The position numbers and the translations under genes were made by a program. Source: Obrimoposthia wandeli (taxonomy: Eukaryota). Taken from it: a stretch of DNA of 64,000 bases. The stretch is from contig CDROCS010001043.1 in assembly GCA_977020255.1 (NCBI GenBank), positions 868,001-932,000 of the forward strand, given 5' to 3'. The notes under the pieces are model-generated. The model saw only the letters and a program-made list of their open reading frames with translations, searched no databases and was not told the origin of the DNA. Shown here in pieces: positions 50,217-61,733 of the stretch; position 1 is the first letter of the stretch; every line of letters begins with the position of its first letter.

Positions 50217-51240
50217 ATGTATATGGTTTTACCAAGTAACGGATGTCCGAAGACTCAACCAGATAATGACGCTAGTAGCTTTATTATCGATTGGGAAAAT
50301 TCTATAAATCTCCAAGGAGAATGGGAAGCGGCTTTAACAGAATTTTCTTTTTATTATTCTCCAATTACTATCAAAAAAAACTCACATATTTCGTTTACAA
50401 AAGAAATGAATTATGAAAAACAAATAATATTGTATCGGGTTTGATAGTAAAGGAAAATTCTATCACAATTGTATAGATAAAGAAGTGAAAGTAATATTTG
50501 AAAATAACAAATTCAGATTTAAAAATCGATTAAAATTTCTTCAAGTTATTAAAATTAATTTTGAATCTAAAAAGAAGCTCTTCAATTCAGTTTTGATAGT
50601 GAACAAACAGTAGCTCGTAATAAACGGGATATTATCTCATCTAATTCGGTTAGAAATGTTCCTGGTAGAGTAGCAAAAGTGTTGTTACTTGAAACGAGAC
50701 CAAAGACTGTAGTGGAACTGAAAACGTTTTTAAAAGATTATAAAATAGATAGTGAAGTGAATTTCTGTAAATTAATACAGAAAGACTGTAGTGAATATTT
50801 AGATAAATGTGAAACATTAAATGGTAAATTAACGTTTACAGTAAAGAGCAATATAAAACGAGTTTCATTTGATGATAAACTCGCTAAAAACCTTGGTTTA
50901 ATCTGAAATACCTTTGAAACCCATACAATAAAAACCATAAAAGCTAAAAATAAGGCAAAACTTTTAAATGCTGTTAATCATTTATATATTTATACTAATT
51001 TAATAGAACCAACGCTTGTAGGAGGACAGCGAGTTCCACTTTTGAGAACAATATGGATATCTAAAAATGAAACTAGAGATGGGGACGCGGTCGGTATGTG
51101 GATAGATCAACCAATGTATCTTCCAGTTTCTCTCTTTTCTATAAACAATATTGAAGTTAATATTAGAGATGATTCCGGATAACTAATAGATTTCACGTAC
51201 GGGGCCAAGACAAGTTTAACAATACATTTAAGAAAACAAA
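50217..51240 (+). pseudogene. Minor capsid protein (penton), frameshifted
   Basis: N-terminus YMVLPSN..INLQGEWEAALTEF. C-terminus LYIYTNLIEP..VG..VPLLR..MYLPV..INNIEVNIRDD. Confidence 0.8.
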
Positions 51241-51618
51241 ATGGCGAATCCAGCAATAATTGAAGCTTATAGTCAAAGCCAACAAGGTGGAGAATTACCA
51301 TATTTTGTTGGTAAACAATACGGATCTGGCTGGCTTAGAACATTAGTTAGATTTGCCTTTCCTCTTTTAAAGAGACTCGGGCGATTTATATCAAAATTAG
51401 GAAAGGATTACCTTTCATCTAAGGACAACAAACTAATACCAACTTTTAAGAAGCATGCGCTTGATGAACTTGATAATGTTTTACCTGAAGTTGCTAATTT
51501 GATTAGAAAACGTAAATCAAATAAAAGTCAAGGAGGTAGTGGATTTAAAAGTAAAAAGAAGCTAAAAATTAATATAAACAAACGTAAGAATGTTGAAGGA
51601 ACAATATTTGCAAAATGA
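51241..51618 (+). CDS. Small structural protein with QxGG/QxGxG motifs and amphipathic helix
   Basis: QQGG..QYGSGWLRTLVRFAFPLLK followed by a basic C-terminus; lies between penton and MCP. Confidence 0.65.
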   Translation: MANPAIIEAYSQSQQGGELPYFVGKQYGSGWLRTLVRFAFPLLKRLGRFISKLGKDYLSSKDNKLIPTFKKHALDELDNVLPEVANLIRKRKSNKSQGGSGFKSKKKLKININKRKNVEGTIFAK

Positions 51619-52844
51619 GTTGCGCCAAAACTGAATTGTGTATTTTTGATAAACCGCTTCCACAAGTAGTTGTAGATAATGCTTCCTTTGAAGAAATATT
51701 CCTAGTTAACTCAGTTTCAGGAACCACTTTAACCGATTTAGATTTTAATATTAATGGTTCCAATAGTGAGTATTTAGATTTCAATGATACTTTGCTTTAT
51801 GTTCAAATAAATATATTAAATCGGGATGGTACTAATTTAGATGAAAATGCCGATGTAACACTTGTAAATTATCTCTTTAATTCTTTATTTAATGATGCCA
51901 TTGTTACTCTTAATAATGTCAAAATTGAAGGTGGAAATTCTTCCTATGCTCATAAAGCTTTGATTGAAAGTCTTTTGAATTATAGTACTGATACTCAAAA
52001 TACTAATTTGGCAACCATTGGTTATGATAAAACTGTTGCAACTCGCAAAGAATGGATTGCAGGTTCTAAAGCTTACGAAATGTGTGGGTCTTTGAGATTG
52101 AATTTCTTTGAACAACCGAAATATTTAATTCCCGGTGTTAATGTACATCTTCGTTTGAAACGTAATAAATGGATTTTTTCTTTGATAAGCACGGACATTC
52201 TAAAACCTAGACTTGATATTTTGGATGCAAAATTGTATGTTCGAAGAGTTAAAACCGAGCAGTCAGTTTTAATGGCACATAATATAGGAATGGAAAAAAA
52301 CAATGCTTGTTATCCTATTAGAGAAACTAAACTTATATCTTATTCTTTAGGTACGGGTACACAAGCTTTTAATAAGGATCAAATTTTTGGTGATGTAAGA
52401 TTACCGAAATTCATTTTAATTTTTTTTTTTAAAACTGCAAAGTTTCTAGGAAATTATACGACAGATGCAACTCAATTTGACAATCTTAGTGTAGGTTCAG
52501 TGACACTTTCAAGAAATACTGATTATCGCGAAACATATAAAACAGATTTCGAAGGTAACACTTATGCTTTGGCTTATACGCAATCTATTATTCGGAATTT
52601 GGGCCAACTAGATAAAAATATAAACAATGGTATTTCTTTCACTGAGTTTAAAAGCAGCTGCCCGTTCTTCACATTCGTTTTGGCACCAGACTTTGATATA
52701 AACCAATGCCAACTACCAAAGGATGGAATTTTACGACTAGAAATTAAGTTCAATGCAGCTTTAACACATCCTACTACGGTGCTTATGTACGGAGTATTTG
52801 ATTCGGAAATACAAATCAATAAAAACAGAACTGTCATATTATAG
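51615..52844 (+). CDS. Double jelly-roll major capsid protein
   Basis: Intact 409-aa ORF with KTELCIF..PQ, YLDFNDTLLYV, YLIPGVNVHLRL and LEIKF..AL..VLMYG motifs of Polinton MCPs. Confidence 0.9.
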   Translation: MSCAKTELCIFDKPLPQVVVDNASFEEIFLVNSVSGTTLTDLDFNINGSNSEYLDFNDTLLYVQINILNRDGTNLDENADVTLVNYLFNSLFNDAIVTLNNVKIEGGNSSYAHKALIESLLNYSTDTQNTNLATIGYDKTVATRKEWIAGSKAYEMCGSLRLNFFEQPKYLIPGVNVHLRLKRNKWIFSLISTDILKPRLDILDAKLYVRRVKTEQSVLMAHNIGMEKNNACYPIRETKLISYSLGTGTQAFNKDQIFGDVRLPKFILIFFFKTAKFLGNYTTDATQFDNLSVGSVTLSRNTDYRETYKTDFEGNTYALAYTQSIIRNLGQLDKNINNGISFTEFKSSCPFFTFVLAPDFDINQCQLPKDGILRLEIKFNAALTHPTTVLMYGVFDSEIQINKNRTVIL

Positions 52845-52845
52845 A

Positions 52846-53225
52846 ATGGAGTAAGACATATTTTAAATTAATATTTATTAATTTTATTTAGTTCAGTTCA
52901 AGTAAAAGAATCAGCAGAGAAGGTCCTGGGTGATAAATTCAATGGAGTTTATCCTATTGATATGATTCCATTTTTTCAATCTGGAGGTTACATTATCAAT
53001 ACTCATACTTCGAATTTACCAGGAGAACATTGGATAGCTATTTATGTTAGAGAGTGGACATTACATGTATTTGATCCACTTGCAATGTATTATCCACACA
53101 AACTTGTTTCAACTATTCAAAAAGGACGAAGAAGAGTATTTTACAACAAGATACAATATCAGGATCCTGCGACGAGAAACTGTGGACATTTATGTATTTT
53201 ATGGTTATCGTTGCAAAACAATTAG
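52846..53225 (+). CDS. Adenain-like cysteine protease, 2 exons (52846-52850, 52892-53225)
   Basis: Catalytic-type motifs GEHW, FDP, YQ and NCG. ATG GA|gtaaga..atttag|T TCA with a 41-nt intron gives MDSVQV..FNGVYPID. Confidence 0.88.
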
Positions 53226-53501
53226 TGTGTTATAAAAATAAAAATTTTAAATGTTTTATTTTGAATTATTTTTTAAATCTCTAAAAATATAAGGGTAAAA
53301 TAATAAAAGACATAAGACAACTTTTTATAATACATTTATTAATCACAACATCACAATGAGATATGTCAGCAAAGATAAGGCATAATAAATAAGGTCTATC
53401 CTAAAAAAGTATTGAAATAACAAATAAGTTAGAGTTTAGGTGCCATAGGGATCTAAAATTTTAAAAAACTAAACTAACAAAAATCAAAAAATGAAAACCG
53501 T

Positions 53502-56500
53502 TTAAATTCTGAAGTGTCTATAAGCCAGGCTAGCATTCTTTTCTACCCAAAAGCGCTTGTCGTCATTACTACTCAAAGCGATTTTGGTTGATTTATGGGA
53601 ATACAGTTGATGGGCTCTTGAAATAAATCTAGTTTGCTCAACGCTTTCAATACACCCAGTATCATAAACTTTCCGGTATGCCTCATGTGTAAGATTGTTT
53701 CTTCCCACACCCTTTGCTCTCATTGAACATGTATTATTAGATGCATGTAAACTGTAGCATTTAGGGCGTAGGAAAATACAATCATCATACGAAACCTGTC
53801 CCTCGCTTTCATCCTTAAATTTCCCGATAATATCCTTTAACCTCATAGAGTGTAGAGGATGGTTAGCGGGATATTTATGGGTATCTAGTAAGTTGTCCCT
53901 AAACATTGCTGGTAATAGATGATTATTTAAACTAACATTCCTACATTCTAAAAAGAAAGAGTCAGTGTCCCCAGCTGCGATTTTAATCTCACAATTAAAT
54001 TCTTGTCGGTATTTCTCCAATTCTATGTATTGAAGCTCATACATTCTGAGTTTAGAAATGTCTAAAACCGTTTGACCTATATAACTCGGTCGATCGAGAC
54101 AAATACTCTGTTTTCCTAATAACACTGCTACCAAGTCATCTGCAATTGTAAAACTACGCTTGAAGTTGTACTTGCTAGTATATGTTATTAGTTTACGCTC
54201 ATCATTGCAAAACCGTAGACAAATACGTTTCCGCAAGTCCTCTACAGTTTTTCCAAAGAGACTATTACTTTTTAACTTGTAAAAATCTCGATCGAATTTG
54301 CTAGTGGCCAAATTACGTTTTCTTGAATTCTTCTCAATATAGTCTTTAAACACAAAGTTTTGACTGAAGCTTATAGCACGATGAATTCGAGTAACTTTCG
54401 CTCCCAACTTTAAGTAAAATTGAAGAAGCCGCCAATGCACAACCTAATTCAACTTATCTTCATGGGTTAACAATAATTTCTTAACCTTTGAATTAGGTGG
54501 GCATTGATGAACAGGCGCTACTGGAAGATCATCTAATTTATCATGCACATTGGGAGGGACTTTTATGTCCACCTCAACCAAATAGCCGACGTCGGATGAA
54601 ATTGTATCAACAGTAGCCAAATCTGTCATCAACTTATTCAACTGATCCACATCATAAACCCACTTAAAGTTGGCATGAGGTAGAGGTTGAGTAAGCGCCC
54701 ACCCATACAAATTATTAATATCGATGTACAGAATCTCCGTGGATTGATTTTTGACAACATGATGTTTGTTGACAAAAGTCATTCCACCGCGTATACCATA
54801 ATCATACATTTGATACATCGCGGGATCTTGCAGTAACTCGATATTAATTTTAAGAGTTTTTATTGCTGTTGCCCATGAAAGACCAGGTAAACTAAAGAAA
54901 TGCATGGGATCTAGCCCATCTTCTACTAAGGATTTTACACGAAAGGACTCAAAAACATCAGCTAAAAGATAAATGTCTAACTTCATATAATAAAGCATAT
55001 ATTCAAGAAGATTTCGACAATTATTCGCCCAAAATGTACGGGCCTCATTATAGTCTTGAAGACTTACACCCTCAAATTCAGTTATGGGTGGGATTTCTGT
55101 AGTATTTTCTAAATCTGCAAAGGTTTTCGCAAATTTATACGGAAAAATCCCCTATCGTTAACCGAAGCTGGGAACACTGACTGTGTGATTGGCCATGCAT
55201 TTAAAGATGCCGTTAAATTTTTTAAAGAACCACTCAAAAACTGCAGAGAATCTATGAATCTTAAACTGCAGAATTCAGTATATGCAGTATATGCAGTTAA
55301 AGATAAATATTTCTCTGAAGTTTGAGGTATACATGAAATTTCCCAAGAGCTTAATGTACCCAACGCGTATTTAAGTATATGATGCAAATCATATCCTTTG
55401 AGGTTATGAAACACGATGGGAATGCGTAGTTTTTTAGGGAGACGACGGCCAAGGTTACAGAGGTTGCACGCCGCTCCCAAGTATCGCCCCGTAACATGAT
55501 CGTGATCTCTGACTAACTTAGACTGGGTTCCACACAAATAACATAATTTACAAGAATTAAAATTAACCCAGTCTATGCCTGTCATGATCATTGCTTGATG
55601 AGCATTGAGATCATACCACAGTTTGACAATTGTTGTTCCTAATTCCTCTAATTTTAACATAAAATCTAAAATACAATTTGGACCGGAAAATTTATGATAC
55701 TGGGTAATATTGGGGCCTAAGAATAGTAGTCCTGCCGAAGCCGGTAGGTGAATACTCTCATACTGGTCGTGCAATGCTAAAATTGACTCAAAATCTGCAT
55801 ACACCCTGAATTCCACGGGTATGCATTTTGCCCAATCCCTGAATTTTAAATCCTTATCCTTAGGCATGCTATATAGCGTATTGTCATCAGGATTCAGTGA
55901 ACATAATGTCAGATGTTTGCTGTAAGAGAGCTCGGATCGGAATCCATGCAAACATCTATGACACCACTTACACCTTATCCTAACCGGTAAGGCTCCATTA
56001 TCTAAATTTAGAAGACGATCTAAACTGGGAATTGCAGCATAATGGAATTTATTATTATGTTCGAGCAAAATTAAGTTGACCTGAGTCCTCTCATATTTGC
56101 TCCTATAAATTACATACACAAAAGGATTTTTAAAAATTTCTTCATCTGTTACATTAACTGGGATATCAGTATTATATTTGAATACATTAATACTCAAGTT
56201 ATTAAGATGTTCAAATCTTGATATCGCAGTAAATTTAACAGGAAAATCTATTCCATGATACTGCAATTCATTTAAAAAATGGGTATATTTACTGACACGC
56301 TCTCTATGTTCAGTGATTACACCCCTTTTGAGGATGGCCAACACGCTATACAGAAAGCAAAGGTTATCACTGTTTTGTATGTTAACAATGGAACGTGAAA
56401 GTTGAAGAGATCTAGGTGAAGGAATGTATGAACTCCCCGAAAGATATATCATGTCAGTGAACTTTGTTAGAACAAAGCTAACATCCTGAATTCTAACTAG

Positions 56501-57948
56501 AGTCCATTCACTACTTAACTCGCTATAATTAGCAATTTTTTCATCCAGGTTTCTTCCAATTTCAGTTACAAAATTATCATAAAAAACAGTTGCTTTATGT
56601 GAAATTTCCCAAGTTTTAGATGCCTCATTGACATTTTTAAACTGCACTGTTGCGCAAAATTGAACCTTAGCCTGTTCTAATTTAGTCACTTCGGATTTTA
56701 AAAGATTTTCAATATTTGAATCTACACCTACGTTTAATAAAATTTCATTTCCTAATGGCACCTTAACTATAACATATTTATTATTTAGGTAATACTCTAT
56801 AGTAGCACCGTTTTCTCTACGTTTTTTTGGTGGGACCTTATTAAGAAATTGGCCTCGCCTCTTTCTTCCGTTTGTCGCTGACAAACTTCCCCCTAATTGA
56901 ACGGGAAGACAACTAGTTATATTAATCGCAGCTGAGGTTGAAGGTGCTGCTATTGGTGATGCTGCCGATGTTGAGGCAATTGCAGCTGATGTGGAAGCTG
57001 CTGCTATTGTTGATGCTGCCGATGTTGAGGCAACCGTAGCTGATGTTGAAGGGGCTACTGTAGCAGGTGCTGCTGATGTTGATGAGACAGTGGCAGTTGT
57101 TGAGGCTGCATTTGAAGCTGACTTGCCGATGAAGAAGCGGTTGTTGTAGAGGTTAGTGCTGCTGAAATATATTAAAAAATAAATATATTTTTAAAAATTA
57201 TTACCTCTAAGGCGTGCTAACATCGATGTAGGCACTCGCTATGGTGGAGGCATATCTATTGTAGCAGATGACGATTGTAGAACGGTATTTCCTGAATAAA
57301 AAATATAAATAAAATATATATATTAAAAAATAAAATATCTAATTTAAAAATAATAATAAAAAATACCTAATGAAGGCAATCCAAGTTGTGCTGGAATGAA
57401 GTCCTCTTCATTGACGAAATCCATCCAGCTGTCGTCCGACATCTCGACGAAATCGGATTCCTCGATGGTCTCCAACCATGAGTTATCGCTCCACTGCTCT
57501 ATCTCGAAATCTGACTGGGATATGTCATTCATCCACTCATTGTTAGACATTTGAGTGGATGGGTCAGAATCAGGAGCCTGGAGACCAATCGCAGGACCGT
57601 AAAAGGGTTGATCGACTGCAACTGGAATTGGAGGTGGAGCGACCTGCGAATCGCGCACCAATTGCATGATATCCCTCTTCTTGTTGTTGGCCGTGAAACA
57701 CGATAGATGAGCTCGATGTTCACTGAAGAAGTCTCGAAACTCCTTCTCCTCCATTGTTCTGCAGAAGGGGCAGACAAAGAAGTGAAGCCCGCGAGACTTT
57801 GTCCGGTAGTATGCAGACATTGTCTCCATGCAGGTCTCTCCTCCATGTGGAGCCGAAGCACCACAATACGCAGGGAATAGGTTACAAGTAATCTAAAATA
57901 ATAAATATTAATAAGGAAATAATAAAAATAAATTCTTACCATAGGCAT
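53502..57948 (-). pseudogene. Protein-primed DNA polymerase B, copy B; 4 exons (57948-57940, 57892-57367, 57291-57205, 57161-53502), about four lesions
   Basis: vOTU-like DNLCF..INVF..HY; Zn/HNH-like CYLC..RDHDH..ACNLCN; Exo YADFES and FHNLKGYD; Pol YIDINNLYG, KLKSNSLFGK and GDTDS. -1 frameshifts at ~57130 and ~55150; TAG at 54444 and one in exon 3. Confidence 0.95.
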
Positions 57949-58148
57949 TATTTCAAATTGTCGGGGATTTAAATGAAGAAAGTGTTTGCTTATATACTAA
58001 AATTAATGCACACATGCTCTTTTCCTATTGGATTAAAAAATTGAGAAGGTTTGTTTATCTGTTAAATGGTCGAAAAAAATATTTTTTTATTCCTCCAATC
58101 AAAAGATTTAATTGTAATTGAATGAAAATTATGAATTAGAAGAATTTT

Positions 58149-58637
58149 TTATCTACATGTCAAGTAATAATAAGAAAGACTTAAACATTTTTTATATGCG
58201 CAATGGTCACCATGATTACGATATGGACAGTAAATATTTTGTGAAATTTTTAATAGATGATCACGTGAAATATTTAAAGTATTCAACCTCAATTTAGGAA
58301 AATATTTTTTTAAAGTCATATATTTTTTGCCATCCATTTCATCTAAAACATAAAAAATTCCATTTTCAATATCAAAACTAGATGTTATTGTATCGAATAT
58401 ACATATTTCACAAAAAGCCTTATGTCCTTCTTTCCATTTTAATAAATGAAAATAATTAGTTAGATATAAATTAGTAAATTTTTTCTTATAATCTAAACTT
58501 TTAAACGGGATATATATTTGAAATATGAAATGGAATGGATGAAAAACGTCGCATACATCCATAATACATAATTCTTTTATAATATAATCCCCATTTTTGT
58601 TAATGAAAGCCTCAAAATCTATGATATATTCCTGCAT
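58149..58637 (-). CDS. Small DEDD/DnaQ-like nuclease-fold protein, copy B
   Basis: Intact 162-aa ORF, near-identical to 39771-40259. Confidence 0.65.
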   Translation of the reverse strand: MQEYIIDFEAFINKNGDYIIKELCIMDVCDVFHPFHFIFQIYIPFKSLDYKKKFTNLYLTNYFHLLKWKEGHKAFCEICIFDTITSSFDIENGIFYVLDEMDGKKYMTLKKYFPKLRLNTLNISRDHLLKISQNIYCPYRNHGDHCAYKKCLSLSYYYLTCR

Positions 58638-58759
58638 AATTATCTAAATTTGCAGCAAATCCCGTTGTTTATAACGAAGTACTTTCATGTTAAGATTGGT
58701 ATATTTTGTCAATTCTCCTATGTAACATAATCAATAAAGACAAAATAATAATCAAAAAT

Positions 58760-59080
58760 TTATTTTTTTGTGGAAGGACCCTCTTCCGGTTTAATCTGGA
58801 GGATTCTCTTTCTTGCTGCTCGCCGAACATCCTCCATCTTTTCTCTTATTTTTTCATTCACCTTCCTTTTTTCCAATTCGATCTTCTTATTCCACTCCAC
58901 GATTCGATGGCGTTCTGCTAGCCTCCTATCCTGTATCTCCACCCGATGATTCCACTCTGTCGCGACAGCAGTATACAAATTCTGGTTGAGGACTCTCTTT
59001 CTTAAGTCCCCTTTCTTCTCATTTATTCTGATGTTTGCTTCAATCTTCGTCACCAGACTCTTCATTTTAATGAATTCCAT
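58760..59080 (-). CDS. Small charged coiled-coil protein, copy B
   Basis: Intact; homolog of 39070. Confidence 0.6.
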   Translation of the reverse strand: MEFIKMKSLVTKIEANIRINEKKGDLRKRVLNQNLYTAVATEWNHRVEIQDRRLAERHRIVEWNKKIELEKRKVNEKIREKMEDVRRAARKRILQIKPEEGPSTKK

Positions 59081-59299
59081 TTTTTTTAATTATGAAGAGG
59101 TTAATAAATTTGAACCTATATATATAAATTTAAGATATTTTTTAATCCAATTAAATGATATATTTTTATTTATCAAATGAGTGTTTAATAAATCTATAAC
59201 TTATCATTGCAAATAAACTTAAAGATAGTGTTTCTACATTTAAAAAAATAAATATTAAGAAGAAAACATATGAAACTAATTTTTATAAATTATATTTTT

Positions 59300-61090
59300 A
59301 AACATCTTTACGAAGTCATCATTGGGATCATTCGGGTCGTAATCCCTCCGACTAAGTATTATAGGAGAAAGCGGTACTGGTTCCTTCTTCTTTGGCCGGC
59401 CCAGTTTCTTTTACGGCTTCACCGGTTGCTTTGTAGCAATTGTCCTTCCCTCAGGTTTTGGCAATAGTTGCCGCAACTTTTTGGGAGGAGGTGCAGCCGA
59501 TGTTGATGGCCCTGTCATAGAAGTCCTCTTCCTCTTCCGCGGAGCTTTCTTCTGTTTCTCCTCCTTCTCACGTTGAAGCTGGCGTGAGACGGCATCCGGT
59601 TGCCCATGCGAATCTGGAAGCATTGCCGGTGAATCCAGTTCCGCCAGGAATTCATCCAATCCAGCTTCATCCCAGGCCCTCTTCAAGTTCTGGCTGGTTG
59701 TTGGATGAGGAGAAGCAGTCTCCTGCAGGCGTCGTTGACTTGATTGCGCACTTATCTCGATCGGCAAGACTGGGATCCTCTCATATAGGATTGGTCCGTC
59801 GTCCACTGGAGATTTGAGAATCTCCTGCTGGCCAATCACCGCCTCAGAATAATGGTCAATTGAGGTGTTACATTTTCTAGAGCGCCTCGTCTTTTTCACC
59901 TCTGCTCTCTTCGTCCGTTTCCGCGAGAAAGGAGTAATTTCTCCCCAAGTCTCCTCAAATATCTGGACGGGTTCCTGCAAAATATTAATAAAATTTAAAC
60001 ATATAAATAATTTACCTCAATGATGGGCAGGTTAGCCTGTTTCACCAACTTGGCCTTCTTCCGAGTGAGGGTTTTGACCCTATGGCGTTGCGGTTTCTTC
60101 ACTGCCGCTTGCTTCCTATCCACCGGTTGAATAGACGTCGCCTCTTCGTGAATGTTCTCCATCTATGTGAATTATTAAATTTAATATCTAAATAATTTAC
60201 CTTAAAATTATCTGGAGACGCTAGGTATCGGAGCTGACTCCTTGGCAGCTCCTGGCTGCATTGACTCGCCAAGTACTGCGGTTCAATTAGCCTCTCCACC
60301 ATGGTCACTGACGGTGCCAAATCCAGTTGAAGTTTCTGAAAATGAAATTAAAAAACATTTAAAATAAATGATGTCTAACCTCATTCATTGCTTTTATTCT
60401 CCTAACAGGAGATTTCGGCCTTTTGAATGGTTTAGGCATTGTATTATCTGATTTCGGAGTAGCAGAGGGAGTGAGACCATCCCAATCGACGGTAAACAGG
60501 TGCCACTCGTCCTCGTCCAATTCTGCTACCATCGACTCGTTGGCTTCAGGGGCTCCGATACTTGGCTGTATCCATTCGTCGATGAATGGAGTCAAGTCCT
60601 CCTCCCAATCCGAAGGTACATCATCGGTGAACAGCTCCTCGTCTGAGTCTGGTGCGAGGACTTTCTCCGGTTGAGACAGCGGGATCAATTTCCAGGGGCA
60701 TTTGATTGCTGCCTCAAAATTGTCGAAGAGATTGGATCTCCCTGCTGCTACATCTGAAGTTGGCGGACGATTGGGTTTTGTGTTTTGTCTGGGAGTACAG
60801 TCTTCCCAATTCTCTATCGAATCCTGACTAGTCAGATCGATATATTGGGATCTCTGTACCCCACCTCTCACGTCCACTGGTTCTTCTCTTGGAGTTGAGC
60901 TGGCCAATGAGGCTTCTTCTTGTAACAGGTTCGCTCTTGCTGCTGCTTCTCCTTCGCTCACCACCGATGACTCTTGACTATCTAAGTCAATGTATTGCGA
61001 CGGTGGTGGCGTTCGCTGCTGCACTGGAGAGAGATCCCCATAGAGTTGAACCTCCGTCTCTTCGTCTAGGTCAACGTTGTTGTCAGCATT
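59300..61090 (-). pseudogene. Multi-exon regulator-like gene X, copy B (introns 60379-60336, 60200-60163, 60015-59975)
   Basis: Three phase-0 introns of 44, 38 and 41 nt join the exons into one frame. The start region looks damaged and TAA at 59411 precedes the AT-hook-like motif. Confidence 0.7.
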
Positions 61091-61348
61091 GTTGATTTAT
61101 GAAAAATAATGAACGGAGGTGTCTTTATATACACAAACATCTTAATAACCCTCTTTTATTGTCCAATGAGAGCCTCTTATTCAAATAATTTATTTTTTGT
61201 AATGTTTTTTCGTGCCTGTAGATGCCCATCGTTGTTATTTTCGTGAGAATAGAGCCCGCCCCGAAGGGGCAGGTGGTGGTCGGTTGGGTGTTTCCATCCA
61301 ACACCCGTCGACTTTCACTCATCACCCGAGGTAGTTAGTGATATACAC

Positions 61349-61578
61349 GAGAGCGAGACATTCGTACATCGCCAAGCTAGTCTGTGACCTATTTGAGAGC
61401 GAGACATCCGTACATCGCCAAGCTAGTCTGTGACCTATATGAGAGCGAGACATCCGTACATCGTCAAGCTAGTCTGTGACCTATATGAGAGCGAGACATC
61501 CGTACATCGCCAAGCTAGTCTGTGACCTATATGAGAGCGAGACATCCGTACATCGCAGAGCTAGTCTGTGACATATAT
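61349..61578 (+). repeat. Five tandem copies of a 46-bp unit in the subterminal region of B
   Basis: gagagcgagacatccgtacatcgccaagctagtctgtgacctatat; units start at 61349, 61395, 61441, 61487 and 61533. Confidence 0.95.
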
Positions 61579-61593
61579 CAGTCCCGAGCCCTT

Positions 61594-61733
61594 CCTTGTC
61601 CTTTAAAACCGTGCATGTGTGTGGAGTGAAATTTCACTCCACACACCTACACGAAATTTCACTCCACACACATGCACGGTTTTAAAGGACAAGGGGGGAG
61701 GGGTGTGGATTAGACCGGACACATCCACATACT
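61594..61733. repeat. Right terminus of B with internal 41-bp inverted repeat and 30-bp palindrome
   Basis: 61594-61634 is the reverse complement of 61654-61694; 61617-61646 is a perfect palindrome; 61654-61733 matches the left end of A. Confidence 0.9.

Larger units (their letters stand above)
45637..61733. mobile_element. Near-complete Polinton/Maverick (adintovirus-like endogenous virus), copy B; left end hidden in the gap
   Basis: Contains the full core set: pPolB, rve integrase, A32-like ATPase, MCP, penton and adenain. Right terminus ..ccacatact at 61733. Subterminal motifs at 45641-45815 mirror 61200-61280. About 16 kb. Confidence 0.95.

Noticed and set aside
49885-55160. Programmed ribosomal frameshifting in integrase, penton or pPolB
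   Set aside because: Where a second copy allows comparison (pPolB) the shifts differ between copies, and several lie in homopolymers. Decay or sequencing error is simpler.
61349-61578. CRISPR-like appearance of the regular repeats
   Set aside because: Units are contiguous with no unique spacers, there are no cas genes, and the context is eukaryotic.
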